From positions 2,752,001-2,816,000 of the forward strand of contig OZ252098.1 of NCBI GenBank assembly GCA_965248355.1: 64,000 nt of DNA, read 5' to 3'. Numbering within the stretch: position 1 is the first letter of the stretch; each line of letters opens with the position of its first letter. Both the position numbers and the translations under genes were made by a program. This DNA is from Candidatus Latescibacterota bacterium. Lineage in GTDB: Bacteria > Latescibacterota > UBA2968 > UBA8231. The notes below the pieces were generated by a model that searched no databases, was not told the DNA's origin, and saw nothing but the letters and a program-made list of their open reading frames with translations. Shown here piece after piece: positions 56,444 through 64,000 of the stretch.

Positions 56444-57919
56444 ATGGCCAAGAGGAAGACAGCGAAAGCGAAGGCGGCGACGAAGGAAGGGGCGGCCGGC
56501 AGGGCCCGGGCGGGGGCGGCCCCGGCGGGCGTCGTCGAGCTGGGCGAACGGCGCGAGCTGTTCGTCGACGACTACCTGATCGAGCGGCTGTCGGGCGTCG
56601 AGTTGCGCCTGCAGAAGCCGGTGCCGCGGAACGTGGCGCTCGACCACGACGTGCCGTGGGAGGGCAACACCAGCGCCTACCACACGGTCTTCCAGGACGG
56701 CAAGCTGTTCCGCGCCTACTACCGCGGATCCCATTACAACCCGCCGGGCAAGTACAGGCCGGTCGTGTGCTACGCCGAGAGCCGCGACGGCATCGAGTGG
56801 CACCGGCCGGAGCTGGGCCTGGTCAACTACCAGGGCTCGACGCGCAACAACATCATCTGGGACGGCCCCGGCTCGCTCAACTTCACGCCCTTCCGCGACT
56901 CCAACCCGGACTGCCGGGAGGGCGAGGAGTACAAGGCCCTGGGCAGCCCGAGCTCGCGCACCCATGACGAGCAGGCCCTCTATGCCTTCAAGTCGGCGGA
57001 CGGCGTGCATTGGAGCCTGCTGTCGGAGAAGCCGGTGATGGATCACACCGTGGGCGCCAATCTCTTCGACTCGCAGAACCTGGCATTCTACGACCCGGGG
57101 CGCGGCTGCTACGTCGAATACCACCGCGACTCCATCTACCCCGGCGGCGTGCGTTTCCGCCAGATCATGACCTGCACCTCGAAGGACTTCCGTCGGTGGA
57201 CGAAGCCGCAATTGCTCGACTTCGGCGACGCGCCCCTCGAGCACCTCTACACGAACGCGGTGACGCCCTACCACCGGGCCCCGCACATCTACATGGGCTT
57301 CCCCAAGCGCCTCGTGCCGGACCGCCGGATGCCGGGCAACCTGGCCGGCGGCGTGTCGGACGGCTTGTACATGACCAGCCGCGACGGCCTGCACTTCAAG
57401 CGCTGGGGCGAGGCTTTCGTGCGGCCCGGGCTGCAGCCGGAGCGCTGGGAGAACCGCAACAACATGACCGCCTGGGGCATCCTGGAGACGGCCAACGACC
57501 TGCCCACGGCGCCGAAGGAGCTGTCGATCTTCACCAGCGAGGGATACTACCGCGGCGAGGCCTCCAGGCTGCGGCGCTTCACGCTGCGCCTGGACGGGTT
57601 CGTCTCGGCCAATGCGCCGCTGAAGGGGGGCGAGCTGATCACCCGGCCCGTCACCTTCGCCGGCGGCGCCCTGAGCCTGAACACGAGCACCTCCGCCGCC
57701 GGCTCCGTGCGCGTCGAGATCCAGGACGCCCACGGCAAGGCGCTCAAGGGACACACCCTGCGCGACTGCGACGAGATCTACGGCGACGACCTGGAGCGCA
57801 CCGTCACCTGGAAGGGCGCCGCGGACGTGAGCGGCCTGGCCGGCCAACCGGTGCGCCTGCGTTTCACGCTCAGCGACGCCGACCTGTACAGCCTGCGGTT
57901 CACGGCGCCGCCGGCCTGA
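56444..57919 (+). CDS. Five-bladed beta-propeller glycosidase-like protein
   Basis: RRELFVDD, CYAESRDGIEW.RPELG, FDSQNLAF, SRDGLHF, LRLDGFVS. Confidence 0.75.
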   Translation: MAKRKTAKAKAATKEGAAGRARAGAAPAGVVELGERRELFVDDYLIERLSGVELRLQKPVPRNVALDHDVPWEGNTSAYHTVFQDGKLFRAYYRGSHYNPPGKYRPVVCYAESRDGIEWHRPELGLVNYQGSTRNNIIWDGPGSLNFTPFRDSNPDCREGEEYKALGSPSSRTHDEQALYAFKSADGVHWSLLSEKPVMDHTVGANLFDSQNLAFYDPGRGCYVEYHRDSIYPGGVRFRQIMTCTSKDFRRWTKPQLLDFGDAPLEHLYTNAVTPYHRAPHIYMGFPKRLVPDRRMPGNLAGGVSDGLYMTSRDGLHFKRWGEAFVRPGLQPERWENRNNMTAWGILETANDLPTAPKELSIFTSEGYYRGEASRLRRFTLRLDGFVSANAPLKGGELITRPVTFAGGALSLNTSTSAAGSVRVEIQDAHGKALKGHTLRDCDEIYGDDLERTVTWKGAADVSGLAGQPVRLRFTLSDADLYSLRFTAPPA

Positions 57920-57933
57920 GAGGGGCCAATCCC

Positions 57934-59355
57934 ATGACCCGACACGATCGCGCCGACCAAGGATCCGATGGAACGCAGGTCTTCTGTGACGATGCCATGT
58001 TGGCGCATACGGAAAACGTCTGGCAGTCCCTCCATCACCCCGCCAAGCACGAAGACAACCCCGTGCTCGTGCCCGACAGGCCCTGGGAGGGATACCTGGT
58101 CTTGCAGCCGGGGACGGTCATCCACGACGAGCAGGATGGGTGCTTCAAGATGTGGTACAACACCCAGCCGAGTCGTGACAAGCCGGAGGCCGGGAAGAAC
58201 CTCTGCTACGCCGTATCGGCCGACGGCGTCCACTGGGAGAAGCCGGAGTTGGGTCTGGTTGAGTTCGGCGGATCGACGGCGAACAACATCCTTTTCCAGG
58301 AGGTGGAGTGGACACATTGCGTCCTGAAGGACGAGGCGGAAACGGATGCGGACAGGCGCTACAAGCTGCTCTACTGGCCGCCGGGCGGTACGGGAATCCA
58401 CGGGGCCTTCTCGGAGGACGGAGTCCACTGGAGACCGTGCGAGGACAACCCGATCGTGCCTCGTCGGGCCACGGGCGATACCTTCAGCGTCATGCGCGAT
58501 CCGGCGTCGGGTTGGTACTGGCTGTATCACAAGACTCGGACCCCGGCCCGGCCGATCCGCATGATCTCCCGCATGGTGAGCGAGGACTTCGTGCGCTGGA
58601 GCCCGACCCGCCGCGTGCTGGCTCCCGATGCCTTCGATCCGCCCGATACTCAGTTCTACGGGCTGTCCGCGTTTCCCCATGCAGGCCAGTACCTGGGAGT
58701 TTTGTGGGTTTACCACACATACCCGCAGACCTTGGACATGCAGCTGGTCTCCAGTCGCGACGGCCTGCGTTGGGACCGCACGGCCGACCGCAAGCTGTTC
58801 ATGCACCTGGTACCGACCAACAGTTACCGGGGCGGGGCGTTCGATTGCACGCAGATTTATCCCGTCTCGGCGCCGGTGGAGAAGGACGGAAGGCTCTGGT
58901 TGTTCTACTCCGGCTTCACCGTGCCCCACAATTCCCTCGCCGAGGACCATGATGGGCGCATCGGCCTGGCCACCTTTCGCCTGGATGGCTTCTGCTCTCT
59001 GGATGCCACGAGTCCGGGATATGCTCTCACCCGCCCCTTCACCTGGAAGGGGAACCGGCTGCGGCTGAACGCGGCCACCAGCGGCCCGGCTCCCGGGGCC
59101 CCTGCAGACGGCGGCGGCGGGATCACGGTGCAGATCGAGGATGAGCAGGGCCAGGTCCTTCCCGGGTTGGGCGCCGGGCCATGCACCCCGTTCCGCGGCG
59201 ACGAGACGGAGGCCCTCATGGAGTGGGGCGGGCGCAGCGACTTGGGCGAGCTCATGGGGCGGACCGTGCAACTGCGCTTCCGGCTCGAGGATGCGAATCT
59301 GTATTCGTTTCGCGTCTGCCACGGGAGCTTGACGACCCCCGATGGGGCTCATTAG
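57934..59355 (+). CDS. Five-bladed beta-propeller glycosidase-like protein (paralog)
   Basis: NPVL.PDRPWE, CYAVSADGVHWEKPELG, RRYKL, QLVSSRDG..W, RLDGFCSLDA. Confidence 0.75.
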   Translation: MTRHDRADQGSDGTQVFCDDAMLAHTENVWQSLHHPAKHEDNPVLVPDRPWEGYLVLQPGTVIHDEQDGCFKMWYNTQPSRDKPEAGKNLCYAVSADGVHWEKPELGLVEFGGSTANNILFQEVEWTHCVLKDEAETDADRRYKLLYWPPGGTGIHGAFSEDGVHWRPCEDNPIVPRRATGDTFSVMRDPASGWYWLYHKTRTPARPIRMISRMVSEDFVRWSPTRRVLAPDAFDPPDTQFYGLSAFPHAGQYLGVLWVYHTYPQTLDMQLVSSRDGLRWDRTADRKLFMHLVPTNSYRGGAFDCTQIYPVSAPVEKDGRLWLFYSGFTVPHNSLAEDHDGRIGLATFRLDGFCSLDATSPGYALTRPFTWKGNRLRLNAATSGPAPGAPADGGGGITVQIEDEQGQVLPGLGAGPCTPFRGDETEALMEWGGRSDLGELMGRTVQLRFRLEDANLYSFRVCHGSLTTPDGAH

Positions 59356-59399
59356 GATACCGGCACGTACCGGTTTCCGTCTGTAGAGAGGGCGAATCC

Positions 59400-61349
59400 A
59401 TGCGCTCTTGTCTGCTCTTCTGCATCGTCGCTGGTCTGCTCGCAGGCGACGCCTCGGGTCTAACCCTCATCCGGATCGGCCAGCCCCTCACCGCGGCCGA
59501 GCGGGACAGCCTCGACGGTCTGGGCATCGAGGTCCTTCAGATCCCCTGGACGGCCGCACACGTGCAGGACCAGATCGACGCGGACTCCCTGCAGGCCGAT
59601 ATGCTGATGCCGAGGTTCCTCGGCGAGGACGAGGACATCGCGGCCACGCTGCTGGACAGGGGAGGGAGGGTCTGGGTCGACCACAATATCGGGGTGGGCG
59701 GTGAAAACACCATCGTCGGGCAGGTGCTCATCGACCAGGATCCCACCACCGCCTACGTGTGGCCGGCGATCGAGGCGGACCGGTTCGGGACGAGGGGCTG
59801 GTGGGGGAAGATCACCTTCGATCTCGGCGGGCAGTTCCTGATCAAGGAGGTGCGGTTCCGGCCCCTCGCGGACCGGTCCGACCACTACCTGGAGACCTTC
59901 GCCCTGGGCGTCAGCGACTTGGTCTTCGACACCTACCGGGTCCCGTGGTTCTACAGGGAGCGGTGCGGCGTCCCGTGCGGCGAGCGGGAGGTCGCCTTCG
60001 TCAAGGAGAACTCCGACCACGACATGCGCATCGTGCTGGATCCGCCGGTGACGACCGAGGCCATCCAGCTGCTCGTCACACGCACGTCACCGAGGGAGAT
60101 CGGACTGGCCGATTTCGAGGTCTACGGGGGCGGCTACGTGACCCGGGCCGCGTACGAGTCGGAGGTCGTCGAGCTGCCGGACATCGCCAGTTGGGGGGAG
60201 ATTCGCTGGTCGGGCCGGCAGGATCCCCGGGCTCGCGTCCAGATCCGCTCGCGGATGGGCACCGATCAACAGCCGGACATCTACTGGGAGGTCCGTCCCG
60301 ACCTGCTCGACAGGGTCGAGTTCCTCGGCGGCGGCGGCGATCTCAGCGTGACGGAGTACAGGGCCCAGTACGACAATCTCGCGGGACATCTCAAGCCGCA
60401 GGACGTCGAGAGTCAGGTGACCCCCGACATCGAGAACTGGAGCTTCTGGTCCCGCATCTACCCCTTCGATCAGCCCGGGGTCGAGATCGTGTCGCCGGGG
60501 CCGAGGCAGTACTTCCAGATCCGCGTGGACTTCTCGTCGAGCACGGTGGAAGACGGGGGCCGAATCGACTTCATCGAGGCCATGGCCTCGAAACCGATGG
60601 CGCGCGAGCTGGTGGCGGAGATCTTCCCGGTGACGACCCGCGTCGGCGAGGTGACCCGGTTCACGTACTACGTGAACCCCACCATCCGCGCCGGCGACAA
60701 CGGCTTCGACGGGCTGGAGATCTCGACGCCTTTCAGGGTCGTCTCGGTGGACTCGCTGCGCATCGACGCGGTGGATGAGCCCTTCACGTGGACCCGGACC
60801 GGGGACGGCTTCGAGGTCCTGCTGCCGCGGCGGTTGGAGACGACCGACAGCGGGGCTCTGGTCGAGGTGGTCTTCAGGGCCCCCGTGCTGCGCGAGGTGA
60901 GCACCCCCTTCGCCGGTCGGATCTTCGACACCGAAAGGCCGCTGGAGGTACGCCAGCAGGTCAGTCCCGGCGACGCCGTCGCCGAGGTCGACAGCGACCA
61001 GCTCACCGTGCAGGCCCCCCTGAGCGCCTCGTTGCTGTTCTCGCCCCGCTTCGAGCCGAATCCGTTTACACCCAATGGCGACGGGGTCAACGATGTCGTG
61101 CACATCTCCTACAAGCTGCTGCGCCTGACAGCGGCGGCCCCGGTCTCGATCGCCATCCACGATCTCTCGGGCCGCCTCGTGAAACGGATCTACTCGGGGA
61201 ACGATCCGCTGGGAGAGTACGACCGCCCGTGGGATGGACGGGACGAGGCGAACCAGCTCGTCCCCGCCGGGCTGTACCTGTGTCGGATCGAGGCGGACCT
61301 GGAGTCGAATCGGGAGACGGCCGTCGGCGTCCTCTCCGTCGCCTACTGA
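59400..61349 (+). CDS. Secreted protein with discoidin-like region and C-terminal FlgD-Ig domain
   Basis: Signal peptide; ITFDLGG; PNPFTPNGDGVND...IHDLSGRLV...WDGRDE...VPAGLY. Confidence 0.8.
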   Translation: MRSCLLFCIVAGLLAGDASGLTLIRIGQPLTAAERDSLDGLGIEVLQIPWTAAHVQDQIDADSLQADMLMPRFLGEDEDIAATLLDRGGRVWVDHNIGVGGENTIVGQVLIDQDPTTAYVWPAIEADRFGTRGWWGKITFDLGGQFLIKEVRFRPLADRSDHYLETFALGVSDLVFDTYRVPWFYRERCGVPCGEREVAFVKENSDHDMRIVLDPPVTTEAIQLLVTRTSPREIGLADFEVYGGGYVTRAAYESEVVELPDIASWGEIRWSGRQDPRARVQIRSRMGTDQQPDIYWEVRPDLLDRVEFLGGGGDLSVTEYRAQYDNLAGHLKPQDVESQVTPDIENWSFWSRIYPFDQPGVEIVSPGPRQYFQIRVDFSSSTVEDGGRIDFIEAMASKPMARELVAEIFPVTTRVGEVTRFTYYVNPTIRAGDNGFDGLEISTPFRVVSVDSLRIDAVDEPFTWTRTGDGFEVLLPRRLETTDSGALVEVVFRAPVLREVSTPFAGRIFDTERPLEVRQQVSPGDAVAEVDSDQLTVQAPLSASLLFSPRFEPNPFTPNGDGVNDVVHISYKLLRLTAAAPVSIAIHDLSGRLVKRIYSGNDPLGEYDRPWDGRDEANQLVPAGLYLCRIEADLESNRETAVGVLSVAY

Positions 61350-61350
61350 C

Positions 61351-64000
61351 ATGAGTGTGCACCGGGTGCCAGGGTGGGTCGCGAGTCCGGGGTCGGTCCT
61401 GGTCTGGGTCCTGGTCCTGGCGTGGTCCGCGCCGGGTTGGGGTCAGCAGGGATACAGGAGGGAGGCGAACCGCGTGGTCATCGACGCGCCCACGCAATGG
61501 GAGCAGTGGCAGTCGGCCACGGTCGAGGTCACCGATGCGGGGCTGCGGCCCGGCTTCATCCGAAAGAGCACCAGGCTGGAGGTCGACGGCCAGGAGGTCG
61601 TCGTGCCCGGCGTCAACGCGGCCCTCGACGCGGCCGCCTTCGGCGGGGGTGTGAGAGCCGCCGGCTCCGGTGACGAGAGCGCCGGCGCCCTGATGGACGG
61701 CCGCCTGGACACCTGGTGGGAGCCGGACCCGGGCGACCCCGTGCGCGACTGGTGGGTGCAGCTGGATCTGGGGCGGACGGTCTCGGCCACCCGGATCGTC
61801 CTCAAGTTCGTCGACGCGGAGCTGGGCGACCCCTTCCTCCACTTCAAGGTCACCACCTCACAGGGGGAGCTCAGTCTCGGCCTGCCCATCTTCCGGACCC
61901 GCTACACGACCAACACGCCGGTGAAGGGCCAGCGGGTCTTCGAGATCGACCTGAGGACGCAGTCGCCGACGAAGTGGCCCGTCGTGTACGGCGATTTCAC
62001 GGGCGACGTCATCAATCTCGTCGGCATCCAGGCCACCGGCAGCGACTTCGGCAAGGCCAGGCAGGTCTCCGAGTCCGCGTACGAGGGCCTCCCGCCCGAT
62101 CAACAGGGGGACATCGAGTACTACCGGCTGGACGCCCTGGGCCGGCGGCGGCTCCTGGGCGGCAAGGAGGACTGGGACTCCCTGGCCGGCACCGGCCGGC
62201 AAGGGCCGGTGGTCCACTACCGCCGCGAGCGGCCCCGGCTGGCCGAGGTCGAGGTGTGGACGATCGGCGACAACATCGGCCCGGGCGTGCTGGACCGCGG
62301 GGGCACGCTGACCAGCGTGGACAACACCGGCGCCGAGCCGGCCGTCGTGGACGGCCACTTCTTCGGCGAGCTGGCCCACTGGAGCGCCCTCGGCGGCTTC
62401 AATCCGGACAAGGCCTCGGTATTTCAGTCGCAGGACCTGGAGCGCCAGCTGCTCATCGACCTGGGGGGCGCCTTCTTCCTCGACAACATCCGGGTGCTGC
62501 AGAGAAACCAGGGGTTCGGGCACGTCAAGGCCTTCCCCCAGTACCGCATCCAGCTTTCCGACGGCTCGAGGGTCGCCGGCGGCGGCCTGGCCTGGGAGAC
62601 GGTCGGTGCCGCCGAGAACCTCGACAACAGCCACCAACCGACGAGCCACACGTACAACGACTTCAAGTTCCCCCTCACCAAGGCGAAGTACTTCTCCTTC
62701 AGCTACACCCTGTTCCCCAAGCCGGCGGACTCGGGTACCCTGTCCTTCGGCCTGTCGGAGATCCAGTTCTTCGGGGAGGGCTTCATGCCCGAGGTGGAGA
62801 TCGCCTCCGTCTTCGACGGCGATATCCCCTTCATCGAGCTCGGCAGCGGCGCCCGGAACCTGACCACCATCGACTGGGACGCCGACCTGCCGCCGGGCAC
62901 CGGTCTCGTGCTGCAGACGCGTACCGGCGACACCTTCCTGGAGTTGACCCACTACCTGAAGAAGAACGGGGAGCCGTACCCGGGCACCGACGAAGAGGCG
63001 AAGAAAGCCTGGGGAGAGGACAAGAAGTTCTTCGGCGACAACGCCGTGGGGCCCATCGTCACCGAGAAGCTCCCCGGCAGCGACTGGAGCGGCTGGAGCC
63101 AGCCCTACGAGAGATCCGGCGACCGGATCACCTCGCCCAGCCCGCGGCGCTACGTCGCCATCCGCGCCGTACTCCTCACCGAGGATCCGCTGGCGGCACC
63201 CACCCTGCGCTCGGTGGCGCTGAACTTCGCGCGCCCCGTGGCCAGGAGCCTGATCGCCGAGGTCCTGCCCGCCCGCCTGGAGGAGATCGGCAGCCGGCAG
63301 GCGTTCTCCTACCTCCTCCGCTCGACCTTCGAGGGGGACAGCCGAGGCTTCGACGAGATCCTGCTCGAGGGGCCCGAGGGACTGGAGATGGACCTCGAGC
63401 GGGTCGTCGTCGAGGCCGGCGAGGAGCCCCCGCTCACCTACGAAGCCGGCGACGAGCAGCTCGAGGTGCTGGTGGACGGCTCCGACTCCCTGTGGGTCCG
63501 CCTGCCGGCGCCGGTCGAGGCCGCGGCCGGCGTGGCGCGGGTCGAGCTGCTGTTCGAATGCACTCCCTACACCTACAACAGCTACTTCACCGGCTCCGTC
63601 CGACACTCCGGCTTCCCCGGCTCCTGGCAGGGGGTCGAGGACGGCGACGCCAACGGGATCACGGACAGCGAGACGACGATCGTCCTGGCCTTGCAGCGCG
63701 GCGACGTGCTGGGAGCCGTAGGGCTCTCCAGTGAGGTCGTCACCCCGAACGGCGACGGCGCCAACGACGACCTGGAGGTCCGTTTCTCCCTGATGCGCAT
63801 CAGCGCGCCGGCGCCGGCCACGGTGGCGATCTACGACCTGGGCGGCCGGCTCGTGAAGACCCTCTGGGACGAGCCCCTCCCGGCGGGAGGTCACACCGTC
63901 GCCTGGAAGGGCCTCGACGCCTCGGGTGCCTTCGTGCCACCGGGGATCTACCTGTTGCGGGTCGCCATCGATCTCGACTCCGGGTCCGGCGGCAGCACCC
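61351..64000 (+). CDS. Secreted protein of the same family (discoidin-like + FlgD-Ig); runs off the window edge
   Basis: Own translation MSVHRVPGW...; QLDLGR, LIDLGG, VTPNGDGAND...IYDLGGRLV...WKGLD...VPPGIY; start and end read in the same frame, absent from the ORF track because no stop lies in the window. Confidence 0.8.
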   Translation, partial: MSVHRVPGWVASPGSVLVWVLVLAWSAPGWGQQGYRREANRVVIDAPTQWEQWQSATVEVTDAGLRPGFIRKSTRLEVDGQEVVVPGVNAALDAAAFGGGVRAAGSGDESAGALMDGRLDTWWEPDPGDPVRDWWVQLDLGRTVSATRIVLKFVDAELGDPFLHFKVTTSQGELSLGLPIFRTRYTTNTPVKGQRVFEIDLRTQSPTKWPVVYGDFTGDVINLVGIQATGSDFGKARQVSESAYEGLPPDQQGDIEYYRLDALGRRRLLGGKEDWDSLAGTGRQGPVVHYRRERPRLAEVEVWTIGDNIGPGVLDRGGTLTSVDNTGAEPAVVDGHFFGELAHWSALGGFNPDKASVFQSQDLERQLLIDLGGAFFLDNIRVLQRNQGFGHVKAFPQYRIQLSDGSRVAGGGLAWETVGAAENLDNSHQPTSHTYNDFKFPLTKAKYFSFSYTLFPKPADSGTLSFGLSEIQFFGEGFMPEVEIASVFDGDIPFIELGSGARNLTTIDWDADLPPGTGLVLQTRTGDTFLELTHYLKKNGEPYPGTDEEAKKAWGEDKKFFGDNAVGPIVTEKLPGSDWSGWSQPYERSGDRITSPSPRRYVAIRAVLLTEDPLAAPTLRSVALNFARPVARSLIAEVLPARLEEIGSRQAFSYLLRSTFEGDSRGFDEILLEGPEGLEMDLERVVVEAGEEPPLTYEAGDEQLEVLVDGSDSLWVRLPAPVEAAAGVARVELLFECTPYTYNSYFTGSVRHSGFPGSWQGVEDGDANGITDSETTIVLALQRGDVLGAVGLSSEVVTPNGDGANDDLEVRFSLMRISAPAPATVAIYDLGGRLVKTLWDEPLPAGGHTVAWKGLDASGAFVPPGIYLLRVAIDLDSGSGGST

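Overview
GC-rich bacterial chromosome segment. The many secreted proteins with FlgD-Ig or SWGx(I/L)K C-termini, CBM9-like domains, beta-propeller glycosidases and DUF6785-like membrane proteins suggest an FCB-group organism such as Ca. Latescibacterota (inference). The backbone holds metabolic, envelope and carbohydrate-degradation genes plus an rfbF-rfbG-rfbH/GT2/GT-C glycosylation block. It is interrupted by three small accessory or defence patches: (i) 2.6-6.3 kb, a frameshifted Xre-type antitoxin, a DUF3800 gene and a GIY-YIG nuclease split by an intact IS256-family element with an 8-bp target duplication; (ii) 17.2-19.2 kb, a DUF6883/DUF4926 pair, an HsdR_N nuclease with a SeqA-like tail and an HTH remnant; (iii) 28.6-29.9 kb, vapBC and a SWIM pseudogene. 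Features the ORF track misses or splits include a probable selenocysteine ArsC (in-frame UGA at the catalytic Cys with a SECIS-like hairpin) and a sigma54 promoter with a palindromic TGT-N10-ACA enhancer ahead of a 38-aa peptide. There are also two ~96%-identical copies of a 654-aa membrane protein 23 kb apart and several deletion-scarred gene remnants. No rRNA, tRNA or CRISPR array was recognised. All family calls come from motif recognition by eye, not database searches.
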